DNA of 27,110 nt from a virus (lineage: Duplodnaviria > Caudoviricetes): the IMG/VR virus record IMGVR_UViG_3300037483_000139, positions 1 to 27,110 of that record; one strand, given 5' to 3'. A program made the translations under genes and the position numbers. The notes under the pieces are model-generated. The model was not told the origin of the DNA, did no database searches, and worked only from the letters and a program-made list of their open reading frames with translations. This document shows, in pieces, positions 9,421 to 17,935 of this stretch; position 1 is the stretch's first letter; each line of letters starts with the position of its first letter.

Positions 9421-10856
9421 TGGCGGGACGTTTTATTGAGCCATATCCGCAGTTCCTGGACTCGACGCCAAACGTCTATTCTTCAGGAAAATTATATTTC
9501 TACGCCACTGGCACATCGACCCCCCTGGATACCTATACCACAAAAGCCCTCGCGGTTGCCAATCCAAACCCGATAGTTCTCAATTCGGCCGGGCGGCCTG
9601 CGGTCGATATCTTCCTGCAAGATCTTGAATATAAGGTGGTCTTAAAGGACGCCGACGACCAAGAAATATGGACCGCTGACCCGGTATCGCATCGAGATTC
9701 CGCCCTGGTCGCAAAGACCCTGACCGGCTCCGGCTCGCCGAACGGCTCTGTAGCTGGAACGGCGGGCTCGTCCAGCATCTTGCCGGACTTTTACTGGGAT
9801 TACACCAACTCGATTTTGTACGTCTGTACGACCACGGGAACGTCTTCCACGGCGGTTTGGACGGCAATCAACGCATCGTCGGCGACCCCGGCCGTTCCGC
9901 ACCCCCAAGGCAGATTGACACTTAGCAGCGCCACGCCGGTGATCACCACCGAAGTAACCGCCGCAACTGCTGTCTACTACACGCCCTATATTGGAAATCT
10001 TGTTCCGATCTATAACGGAACGTTGATGGTGCCGACCGAGTTCTCCGAGCTTACGCTGTCACTCGTTGCAAGCCACGCTCTGAATACGATCTATGATATT
10101 TTCGTGTTCTCTAATTCTGGAGTCCTAACGCTGGTTACGGGGCCGGCGTGGTCAAATTCGGCGGCCGCTGCGGGCTCCAGGGGTTCTGGCGCCGGCACTA
10201 CGCAAATAGCGCGTGTCAAGGGCCTTTGGACGAACGCGGTCTCTATGACGGGCCGCAATGGTTCAACTACGTACACGGTAGGGGCGAACCTTGGCACCTA
10301 TCTGGGCTCAATATTTGTTGACGGAACCGCCGGGCAGGTTACTTGCCATAATACCTATCGACAGGCCGCCAAGTGGGGCGTCTGGAATGCTTATAATCGC
10401 GTCCCGATCTATCTTAAGGTTGGCGATACGACGGCGGGCTGGACGATCGGCGGCGGTGGCAGTGGCGCCTATCGGGCGCTGAACAACGGCACGTCAAATT
10501 CCATGACTATTTTTAGCGGTTTGCCCGAACACACATATGAGTTCAATTCCGCTCTGCGAGTGTCATTTATAGCGACCACAAATCAACTCGTTCAGATTTT
10601 TTCGGCCGTTGGGTTTAATTCCACGTCCGCGGCTTCCGGGCTCGTCGGCACCCACAAGTGCGATTATGGCGGCGGTGTCGTCGGCAACTTCACCACAACA
10701 GTTCTGGTCAATGGGAAGTATATCCTCCCAACAGGGTCAATCGGAATCAACGTGGTGACCCATCTCGAAGCCTATTCGGTCACTGGCGCGTCGGCTCCCA
10801 CGGCAGTTGCAGGTGGTGAGGCGAGCAATCTGCTTACCGGGGTTTGGCTGGGTTAG
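9420..10856 (+). CDS. Tail fibre/tailspike with N-terminal head-binding-like domain
   Basis: GKLYFYATGTSTPLDTY...NPNPIVLNSAGR; T/S/G-rich; position of P22 gene 9. Confidence 0.75.
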   Translation: MAGRFIEPYPQFLDSTPNVYSSGKLYFYATGTSTPLDTYTTKALAVANPNPIVLNSAGRPAVDIFLQDLEYKVVLKDADDQEIWTADPVSHRDSALVAKTLTGSGSPNGSVAGTAGSSSILPDFYWDYTNSILYVCTTTGTSSTAVWTAINASSATPAVPHPQGRLTLSSATPVITTEVTAATAVYYTPYIGNLVPIYNGTLMVPTEFSELTLSLVASHALNTIYDIFVFSNSGVLTLVTGPAWSNSAAAAGSRGSGAGTTQIARVKGLWTNAVSMTGRNGSTTYTVGANLGTYLGSIFVDGTAGQVTCHNTYRQAAKWGVWNAYNRVPIYLKVGDTTAGWTIGGGGSGAYRALNNGTSNSMTIFSGLPEHTYEFNSALRVSFIATTNQLVQIFSAVGFNSTSAASGLVGTHKCDYGGGVVGNFTTTVLVNGKYILPTGSIGINVVTHLEAYSVTGASAPTAVAGGEASNLLTGVWLG

Positions 10857-11119
10857 CGCCTTTGGAACTGTGTCGGAACGTTCTTGTAACAAAGACCGTC
10901 TCTGGTGTCGAAATCAACGCCGTCCCCATGACATGGAACAGGAGGCCGGTCAGGCTCTGGGTTGGCCTGCCGTAGGTGATGCGTAATAGTCAAGGACGCA
11001 ATGAGTATCAGCGGCGCAGCAATGATAGCGCGCCGTAGGGTCCCGATCTGCGCGCATTCCGCCAGAAGCCAGACCCACAAGGCAAGAGCTGAAGTAACTA
11101 CTACCGCTTGAATGATCAT
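10853..11119 (-). CDS. Small antisense membrane protein (moron-like)
   Basis: Two hydrophobic segments and a C-terminal Cys pair; fills the gap between tail fibre and lysin genes. Confidence 0.55.
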   Translation of the reverse strand: MIIQAVVVTSALALWVWLLAECAQIGTLRRAIIAAPLILIASLTITHHLRQANPEPDRPPVPCHGDGVDFDTRDGLCYKNVPTQFQRR

Positions 11120-11176
11120 AGCGGCTTTCTATCACCACAACTTCAAAGCGAAAACCCCTGAAATCGGAGAATTTGC

Positions 11177-11818
11177 ATGACGTGGCGACTAGCGCGCGCC
11201 CTCGAAACCCTGCGTTCCCAGGTGAACGCCAAATGGCCGGGGCGTTCGAAGGAGAGTGATGGTAGCGTTGGCGATCTTTTGCACGCCGCGAGACCTTCTG
11301 ACCATAACCCGGTGAATGGCGTCGTTCACGCGATCGACATCACACACGACCCTAAAGGAGGATTCGATTCCTACGCCTTCGCCGACATGCTCCTGAAAAA
11401 ACAGGACCGGCGGGTCAAGTATATCATATCGAACCGGAGGATAGGCTCAGGGCCGCAGGGGCCGTCCGCAGGCGTCTGGCGCAAGTATACCGGGTCTAAC
11501 CCGCACGACCATCATTGCCACATCAGCGTCGTTGCTGGCCCCGCTGGAGACGCAACGGATTCATGGGATATCGACGGGTCAATATCACCGAGCCCTGAAG
11601 TTATGGACGCCTATGTCCCGCCGCCTCCGACGCTCCGCAGGGGATCGACAGGTCAGGAGGTTCGCAAGCTACAGGCTGCCTTGCATCTTTTTACTGATGG
11701 TCAGTTCGGCAATCTGACCGAAATCGCGCTCAAGACATTCCAGAATGATCACGGCCTCGTTGAGGACGGGATTGCTGGGCCGCAAGTTTGGGCTGCCATC
11801 AACAAAACCGCCGCGTGA
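11177..11818 (+). CDS. Endolysin: putative zinc metallopeptidase (M15/LAS-like) plus peptidoglycan-binding domain
   Basis: SDHNP...HAID and HDHHCHIS metal motifs; C-terminal LRRGSTGQEVRKLQ..DGQFG..T..ALKTFQ..HGL..DGIAGPQVW; GGAG RBS. Confidence 0.8.
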   Translation: MTWRLARALETLRSQVNAKWPGRSKESDGSVGDLLHAARPSDHNPVNGVVHAIDITHDPKGGFDSYAFADMLLKKQDRRVKYIISNRRIGSGPQGPSAGVWRKYTGSNPHDHHCHISVVAGPAGDATDSWDIDGSISPSPEVMDAYVPPPPTLRRGSTGQEVRKLQAALHLFTDGQFGNLTEIALKTFQNDHGLVEDGIAGPQVWAAINKTAA

Positions 11819-11850
11819 CGGCATCGCGCCTTAACCTGAAAGGACTATAG

Positions 11851-12030
11851 ATGTTTAGCTCTCTTGATAAAGCACTCGTTGCCCTTGTGATGGGGATCAT
11901 TGGAATTATCGGCGTGGTCTGGAAACCACTTAATATTTCGGCGGAGACCGTGGCATCGGTGATTGGCATCCTGACGCCGCTCCTGGTCTACGTCTGGCCG
12001 AACGCTCCCAAAGACCCGCCGGTCGCCTGA
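11851..12030 (+). CDS. Putative holin, 59 aa, two TM helices (absent from ORF track)
   Basis: MFSSLDKALVALVMGIIGIIGVVWKPLNISAETVASVIGILTPLLVYVWPNAPKDPPVA; AAGGA RBS; lies between lysin and spanins. Confidence 0.75.
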   Translation: MFSSLDKALVALVMGIIGIIGVVWKPLNISAETVASVIGILTPLLVYVWPNAPKDPPVA

Positions 12031-12031
12031 A

Positions 12032-12322
12032 ATGCTTTCGATCGCAAGGGCGGTCGCCGCAATCTTCGGTTTTCTGCGCGATATGCTCGGATGGAGGCAG
12101 CGCGCGGAAGATCGGCAGGCCGGCCGGGATGAAGTAAAAGCTGAAGTCAATGCCGAAACACTGGAGACAAAAGATGCGATGGACGGCGTTCCTCGCCCTT
12201 CCGATGACGATGTTTCTAGCAGCCTGCGATCTGGAAAATTCCGAGGTTGTCGTCAAGATCGTATGTCCTACCATCATGAAGTACGATGCAGAAACGCAGG
12301 AACGGGCGTTGTCGGAATATAA
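12032..12322 (+). CDS. Rz: i-spanin (Rz-like)
   Basis: Hydrophobic N-terminus then charged helical region; overlapped by a lipoprotein ORF in the +1 frame. Confidence 0.6.
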   Translation: MLSIARAVAAIFGFLRDMLGWRQRAEDRQAGRDEVKAEVNAETLETKDAMDGVPRPSDDDVSSSLRSGKFRGCRQDRMSYHHEVRCRNAGTGVVGI

Positions 12323-12425
12323 CGCGCTTCCAAAAGGATCGGCGCTTCGGCTGTTCATAGGAGATTATAAGCGGTTGCGTGATCAGATCACGGTCTGCCG
12401 CGAGCGTGGCGTAGTAGCAAAGTAA
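12174..12425 (+). CDS. Rz1: o-spanin lipoprotein (Rz1-like)
   Basis: GGAG RBS at 12163; MRWTAFLALPMTMFLAA-C lipobox; additional Cys residues. Confidence 0.75.
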   Translation: MRWTAFLALPMTMFLAACDLENSEVVVKIVCPTIMKYDAETQERALSEYNALPKGSALRLFIGDYKRLRDQITVCRERGVVAK

Positions 12426-12625
12426 GTAAGCGGCCCCGCACCTTCGCGTAAACGATGGTGCAGAGCCTGACCCCCAAAGAGGCGCGAACCTCCAAGAAGG
12501 CTGGGAATGAAGATAAAGCTAGGAAGTGAACAATCTGTTGTCCAGATCATAGTAACTGTGGGGCGCGAATGTAGTCCATTCGCGGCTAGTCGATGGCACC
12601 ACCTATTGGATTGGAAGTTGCCGTC

Positions 12626-12922
12626 ATGATCGAGCAGACAATCACGATCGGCAACATCATCGAAATCGCCGTGATAGCGGTTGGCGGCGTATCTGTGTTC
12701 ATCACGCTCAGAAATACCGTGGCAAACATCAAGGCGGACGTCGATGGCCTGCAGGTTGAAATCAAAAAGCTCGGCGAGATTCTCGTCAACCTTGCAAGGT
12801 TCGATGAGCGAATTACCAGTCTAGACAAGCGGGTGACGGCACAGGGCCGCAGGATCGACGATCTGAGCCACGGGGATGGCTTCGTTCGCCCTCGCCCTGG
12901 TATTGACGGCGAATATCCTTGA
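12626..12922 (+). CDS. Membrane-anchored coiled-coil protein
   Basis: N-terminal TM (IIEIAVIAVGGVSVFITL) followed by heptad pattern. Confidence 0.7.
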   Translation: MIEQTITIGNIIEIAVIAVGGVSVFITLRNTVANIKADVDGLQVEIKKLGEILVNLARFDERITSLDKRVTAQGRRIDDLSHGDGFVRPRPGIDGEYP

Positions 12923-13008
12923 ACGATGTCATCGTTATCTTGTCACTGATGGCGCTCGCCGTTCTAGCCTGCATCGCTCAAAATTGGTGGGACAAGAGAA
13001 GCCCGTGA
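12919..13008 (+). CDS. 29-aa single-TM peptide (absent from ORF track)
   Basis: TTG start overlaps the upstream TGA and its TGA overlaps the next ATG; MNDVIVILSLMALAVLACIAQNWWDKRSP. Confidence 0.5.
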   Translation: MNDVIVILSLMALAVLACIAQNWWDKRSP

Positions 13009-13226
13009 TGACCACATTCTACAGCATTTTGATCGCAGCGGCCGTGCTGATGACTTGCGGCCCATCAGCAATGTACTTCGCTGATCGTGCGGGCATTCCG
13101 GATTACGGGTGCAACCCAGATCAAAAGGCGGGCTGGACCATCTTATATATCCTGACGATATTTCCCGCCGCACTGGCGTTCGGCTGGCTTGCTCTAATGA
13201 CCCTCATTGCGGTGACAGTATTATGA
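13008..13226 (+). CDS. Small two-TM membrane protein
   Basis: 72 aa, two hydrophobic stretches, coupled at both ends. Confidence 0.65.
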   Translation: MTTFYSILIAAAVLMTCGPSAMYFADRAGIPDYGCNPDQKAGWTILYILTIFPAALAFGWLALMTLIAVTVL

Positions 13227-13390
13227 TCGTTCTCGCAATCGTCGCTACGGTCGCTGCTGCTGGCTTGTCGGTCATGACGGTCTTTGCCAACGGCATGCGG
13301 TCATCGCCCGGTGAGTTTCAGGGCGAGTGGCTGGTAATCGCCGGCTGGCTAGTCGCGTTCATCATGTGGCTGGCGTGGGGATTTTCATGA
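13223..13390 (+). CDS. Small two-TM membrane protein
   Basis: 55 aa, ATGA coupling at both ends. Confidence 0.65.
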   Translation: MIVLAIVATVAAAGLSVMTVFANGMRSSPGEFQGEWLVIAGWLVAFIMWLAWGFS

Positions 13391-13713
13391 AAATCGATGT
13401 CTACCACCATTCCGTCGAGGCGCGTTGCGAGGTCATGCGGCGTCTCGATGCCTTGGACAACAAAATTGACCTCGTTTTGGAGACCATTATGTCAACACTT
13501 GAAGAACTGACCTCCGTCCTTGCCACGATCACGACCGAAGTGGACAAGGTTTCTGCCGATACCGACAACCTCATTGCGCAGCTCGCGGCTATCCCCCCGG
13601 GCGGCCTCACTCCCGAGCAACAGGCTGCGATCGACTCGGCAGTGGCTTCCGCGACGGCTATCGCCGACCGTCTGAAGACGATTGACGACAAAGTTCCTGA
13701 CGTTTCGGCTTAA
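13387..13713 (+). CDS. Helical/coiled-coil protein with possible internal start at 13489
   Basis: ATGA coupling; internal GGAG-6nt-ATG in frame. Confidence 0.7.
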   Translation: MKIDVYHHSVEARCEVMRRLDALDNKIDLVLETIMSTLEELTSVLATITTEVDKVSADTDNLIAQLAAIPPGGLTPEQQAAIDSAVASATAIADRLKTIDDKVPDVSA

Positions 13714-13780
13714 AGCCGCAACCCCGCCAGAGATGGCTGCCGAGAACGGCCCTCCGTTCTCTGTATTCGCCTCCTCAACT

Positions 13781-13812
13781 GCCCGGCCCGTCAAACGGCC
13801 GGGCTTTTTATT
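13781..13812 (+). terminator. Rho-independent terminator
   Basis: GCCCGGCC-CGTCAAAC-GGCCGGGC followed by TTTTTATT. Confidence 0.85.
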
Positions 13813-13826
13813 GAACAGGTAAACGC

Positions 13827-13982
13827 ATGTCTCTCTTCTGGGCAATCGCATTCGGCGGGCTTGGTCTCAGGTTCGGTCGCCTCGGCTCCCCGGGTGGAGC
13901 GTCAGAGCCAGCCGCACCGCCCCCAGCTCCCGGCGTAGGCAACCCGATTGGCTTGCTTCTCGTCTTAACCTACGCATCATAA
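13827..13982 (+). CDS. 51-aa protein, possible virion adaptor peptide (absent from ORF track)
   Basis: AGGT RBS; MSLFWAIAFGGLGLRFGRLGSPGGASEPAAPPPAPGVGNPIGLLLVLTYAS fills the gap up to the next RBS. Confidence 0.6.
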   Translation: MSLFWAIAFGGLGLRFGRLGSPGGASEPAAPPPAPGVGNPIGLLLVLTYAS

Positions 13983-13994
13983 GGATAGACTAAA

Positions 13995-14705
13995 ATGGTA
14001 GACAATGTGGCAGTCACCGCCGGCACCGGAACATCCGTCGCGACAGACGATATTGCTGGTGTTCATTACCAGCGCATCAAGGTTACTTGGGGGCCTGACG
14101 GTACAGCGAATGATGCCGACGTTGCGACCGGCAAGCCGATGCCTGTTCAGAACAGGCACTCGGATGGGACCATCCTATCAGACGCGACCGGCTTATTGAT
14201 CAGCACATCGCAGCTTGATCCTGTCGTTGCTCACGATGCAGTCGATAGCGGTGCTCCTTATAAGCAGGGAGCAAAAGCAATTGCGGGGCTTTCTACGGCT
14301 ACACTTGTCGCCGCTGCAGACAGAACAGACCTATATGCTGGCTTGGATGGTGCGCTAATCATACGGCCGCACTGCGGTTTGGAAGATTTGCTAACTCCAG
14401 TCCCGGTTGCCATCACAGACGGTAGTTCAACCAGCGTCATGGCTTCGGCTGGCGCTGGCGTCAAGAACTACGTAACGACGTGCATCATCGCAAATACGTC
14501 TGCAACGGCCGTGACAGTTGACCTGCGGGACGGCGCCGCGGGTGCTGTCAAAGCCACATTCCCGGTCCCAGCCAACACATCAGGCGTGGTCTGCAATTTC
14601 CCGGTGCCGCTCGGTTTCAGCGCTGCGACTGCGGTTTGCGCCGATCCATCCGCTGCGGCCTCGACCATTACCGTCACTCTCCTCGGCTTCAAGAGCAAGG
14701 TGTAA
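13995..14705 (+). CDS. Putative virion structural/decoration protein
   Basis: AAGGA RBS; A/T/V/G-rich; beta-sandwich-like C-terminal half. Confidence 0.65.
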   Translation: MVDNVAVTAGTGTSVATDDIAGVHYQRIKVTWGPDGTANDADVATGKPMPVQNRHSDGTILSDATGLLISTSQLDPVVAHDAVDSGAPYKQGAKAIAGLSTATLVAAADRTDLYAGLDGALIIRPHCGLEDLLTPVPVAITDGSSTSVMASAGAGVKNYVTTCIIANTSATAVTVDLRDGAAGAVKATFPVPANTSGVVCNFPVPLGFSAATAVCADPSAAASTITVTLLGFKSKV

Positions 14706-14708
14706 GAT

Positions 14709-15515
14709 ATGGCTAGTCGCTTCTGGGTAGGTGGAACGGGGACATTCGATGCGTCGGACACGACGCACTGGGCGGCCACGACTGGCGGCGCGGGTGGTGC
14801 GTCCGTTCCTGGCTCTGCCGATACCGCTACCTTTGATTCTAACTCAGGCGTCGGCACGGTAACGGTCAATCACGCCTCGTTGAGCCTCACCACGCTTACT
14901 TGTTCAAGTTTTACCGGAACACTGGACTTCAATACCAACAACAACAACGTCACGGCCGGAACGGTAGATTTCTCCGGCTCCGGCACCCGCACCATCAACA
15001 TGGGCAGCGGGACGTGGACTATAACAGGGACAACCGGCAACGTTCTCCTAATGAATGGAACGAACGTAACCGCTACGTTCAATAACGCATCTATTGTTTT
15101 TAGCGGAAACGGTGTTGCGCGGACATGGCAAGGCGGCGCCTCTGTGTCGGTTGGCGCAATGACTATCAACAACAATAGTTCCCCCGGAAGTTTCCTTGTA
15201 ACGTCAACACCGACTGTTGCCTCCTTAACTATCGGCAGCGGTGTAACACTCGCATCGGGAAATCTTACAGTAACCGGCGCCCTGACGATCACTGGAACGT
15301 CTGCGTCTCCCGGCGGTATTGTTACGAGCAATTTCTCTAGTGTAGCGACAATAACAGTAGGATCAGCTTCTACGCTTGAGTGGTGCGGCATTTGCGGAAT
15401 TACAAAGGCGGGTGCCGGCTCGATCACAGCGACCAACTCTCTTGATATGGGAAGAAATACGAGTGTCACAATTTCCGGTCCATCAGGAGGCGTCGTCGGC
15501 GTGATCGGAGGTTAA
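14709..15515 (+). CDS. Beta-helix-like fibre/adhesin protein
   Basis: RFWVGGTGTFDASDTTHW...GASVPGSADTATFD N-terminus; T/G/S/N-rich beta-solenoid pattern. Confidence 0.65.
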   Translation: MASRFWVGGTGTFDASDTTHWAATTGGAGGASVPGSADTATFDSNSGVGTVTVNHASLSLTTLTCSSFTGTLDFNTNNNNVTAGTVDFSGSGTRTINMGSGTWTITGTTGNVLLMNGTNVTATFNNASIVFSGNGVARTWQGGASVSVGAMTINNNSSPGSFLVTSTPTVASLTIGSGVTLASGNLTVTGALTITGTSASPGGIVTSNFSSVATITVGSASTLEWCGICGITKAGAGSITATNSLDMGRNTSVTISGPSGGVVGVIGG

Positions 15516-15518
15516 ACA

Positions 15519-17675
15519 GTGGCGCTGACCAAAGATATTGTCGCTGATTACGGCGCGGACCCCACAGGTGTAGCTAACTCTTCCGATGCTTTTTATCTCG
15601 GGCTAAAGCCTGACATGGTTGGGCAGGATATTGTCGACCTGACAATTCCTGCTGGAAGTTACAAGATGACTGGCGGAGGTGGCCAAACGTGGGCTACCGG
15701 CATGGACGTTCTTAACGTCTCTGCTACTGGAGCCACAGTTTTCCAATCCGGTGCCGGAAGTGTCGAACTTGGTTCTGGGCATCTAACTGCGGTTGGTCTA
15801 AACGATCTGAACGGTAAAAGCGCGAGGATAAGAAGCGTTTCCGCTGGCAATAACACCGTACAACTAACCGCCGCTTCGGCTTCTTCCGGACATATCTCCA
15901 GAGCTGTCGTCGGCAGTTGGATGATGGTTGCCGGCTATGATACTCAAGGTCTTTTTCTATCGTCTTATGGCTGGCCTCCGAATTTCCATCACGCTGAGTT
16001 TGTTCAGATTACCGAAGTCGGCAGTGACACGATTTCGTTTACCCCGACGTTGAGGAATTTCTACAGCGATCAGTGGCCTTGTTTCAATGCCCCGGATACG
16101 TCATATGATGCCGGTGGTCCAGCAACGGTCTACTTTCTACTGGATGTTTGGGACCACCAAACCACAGTCAACGGCGGAACGTGGACAAGTAGCGATCTGA
16201 TAAAATGCGAAGCTAGAGACTTTACTATGAACGGTGGAGTAAGCACCGATCAGCCGATATTTCCGAGCGTCAACCATACATGGAGAGCCATTAATCACGA
16301 TGCTTCCGCATCGGGTCTTGTTGAAATTGATAAGTTAGTCCATCACGCCTTCTTCCAAGGTGGATCGTATACTCAAATTCATACTCAAAGTTCGTGTGTT
16401 TATCACATAATATTCGATGGCGTCACAATTTCAGGAGCCTTAAACGGAACGCCTCGTAATACAAATGTCGATAATTCCACCATCGGGACGAATATCGTTA
16501 TAGGGCCTACTGCCTATGGAAGAGGGGAAACGTTTGTCTGTCGTAATACCGCCATTACAGGCGGAGGTGTCACCGGCGGGGTAACAGCGTCCGGCCCTAG
16601 CAGTGAAGGTTTTCAAGTCTGTTCTTCGATGGCCAACGGGGTCATAACGATCCCTATGTGTTACGGCGGAGACGCCGTTTTCAAACTGTTTGTTCCTGAT
16701 TCGCATGGAAGAAATGTTCTCTTCTGGACCGGAACAATCGGAACCATCGGGGGCTTTCAGGTTCTTTCGGTCACGTCCGATACTTGGCCTGCCGCAGACG
16801 ACCAATCTTCCACAGTAAACATAACGACGACAAACGGCCTGAAAACTATCGATGTTTTTTCTAACTTATTCACGGCATCAGACGTTGGTAAGGTGATTGT
16901 TGTACCAGGAGCAGGATCGCCAACGACGCTAAAAACGTGGATCACCGCAGTTGGAGCTTGGGACGGCTCCAAGCAAACGATAACGGTTTATAATGCGGCT
17001 TCGGCGTCTTTATCGTCTTCGTCCCGAACCCTCCAATGGGGAACGTCGAACGTATATATTCATACGAACCAGTCTGGCGGGTTTCCTGACGTGGCTCTCT
17101 ATACGCAACTTGGTATACGTGTTCCTCCTGCGCGGGCTGTCTATTTCGAGAACTGCACCGGGAGTGACCACATCCTAGACTTGTGTCAAGCGGGAGCACA
17201 GAACAAACCGCTTTGGTCTTATACCAAGCGAACTTATGACGGGGTGACGGGGGTCGTTTCCTCGGAAGGTCCACCGATTACGATGCACGGAACTATCACG
17301 TCGTTAAAGATCAATGTGATAACGCCGTACACTGGTGCGTCATCTCTTTCGGTGGGACTATCGGCGGCGGACAATTTGCCGGTAGTTATAGGTGGTGCAG
17401 CAAGCACCTTTATCCCTCGGGTCAACCTCAAAATTGCTGGAGAGCGTGTCATTACGTTAGGAAATACAACGGGGACTCAGGCGGGCGATACCAACCTGAC
17501 GATGAACTCTTCGGTCTGGATTGGGAGAACGTTCGCTGCGGGCATGTCACGGGATATCAGTGGTGAAAGTTCCAGCCTTTGGCCGAGCTTCACTATCGAA
17601 ATGATTACCGACCAAGGGTTTTTTACTGGCCAGACTGCTGTTGCTCCACTTCGGTTGCGACTGCGCGCGGTGTAG
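15519..17675 (+). CDS. Tailspike/depolymerase-like beta-helix protein
   Basis: Pectate-lyase-3-like start DIVADYGADPTGVANSSDAF...LTIPAGSY; 718 aa; more AT-rich codons than neighbours. Confidence 0.65.
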   Translation: MALTKDIVADYGADPTGVANSSDAFYLGLKPDMVGQDIVDLTIPAGSYKMTGGGGQTWATGMDVLNVSATGATVFQSGAGSVELGSGHLTAVGLNDLNGKSARIRSVSAGNNTVQLTAASASSGHISRAVVGSWMMVAGYDTQGLFLSSYGWPPNFHHAEFVQITEVGSDTISFTPTLRNFYSDQWPCFNAPDTSYDAGGPATVYFLLDVWDHQTTVNGGTWTSSDLIKCEARDFTMNGGVSTDQPIFPSVNHTWRAINHDASASGLVEIDKLVHHAFFQGGSYTQIHTQSSCVYHIIFDGVTISGALNGTPRNTNVDNSTIGTNIVIGPTAYGRGETFVCRNTAITGGGVTGGVTASGPSSEGFQVCSSMANGVITIPMCYGGDAVFKLFVPDSHGRNVLFWTGTIGTIGGFQVLSVTSDTWPAADDQSSTVNITTTNGLKTIDVFSNLFTASDVGKVIVVPGAGSPTTLKTWITAVGAWDGSKQTITVYNAASASLSSSSRTLQWGTSNVYIHTNQSGGFPDVALYTQLGIRVPPARAVYFENCTGSDHILDLCQAGAQNKPLWSYTKRTYDGVTGVVSSEGPPITMHGTITSLKINVITPYTGASSLSVGLSAADNLPVVIGGAASTFIPRVNLKIAGERVITLGNTTGTQAGDTNLTMNSSVWIGRTFAAGMSRDISGESSSLWPSFTIEMITDQGFFTGQTAVAPLRLRLRAV

Positions 17676-17719
17676 GGGTGTAACCCTCGCTAAAGAGATT
17701 GTCTCCGATCAGGACCTGA

Positions 17720-17926
17720 TCAAATGGATGATTGTGGCGCTTCTGTCTGCTGAAGAGGCCCTTTAGGTAACATATTAACATCTGCATAGGGCGCATTTCC
17801 GTAAATGTCTTTGGGTGGCCACAACTCCACCTTCTGCACGGGCATACCGTACTTGGCACTCATGTGGTCTACGATAATCTGCCTGATCTCGTTGTGAGAG
17901 AGCCGCACCATTCCCAAGACTGTCAT
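17720..17926 (-). CDS. Hypothetical protein
   Basis: 68 aa, G-rich RBS, last gene of the leftward operon. Confidence 0.6.
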   Translation of the reverse strand: MTVLGMVRLSHNEIRQIIVDHMSAKYGMPVQKVELWPPKDIYGNAPYADVNMLPKGPLQQTEAPQSSI

Positions 17927-17935
17927 CCCCCACCA

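Noticed and set aside
9420-17675. Diversity-generating retroelement or invertible tail-fibre system
   Set aside because: No reverse transcriptase, TR/VR pair, invertase or inverted fibre copies seen.
17707-17721. Palindrome GATCAGG-A-CCTGATC at the convergence of late and early genes as a terminator
   Set aside because: Weak stem and no T-tract on either strand.
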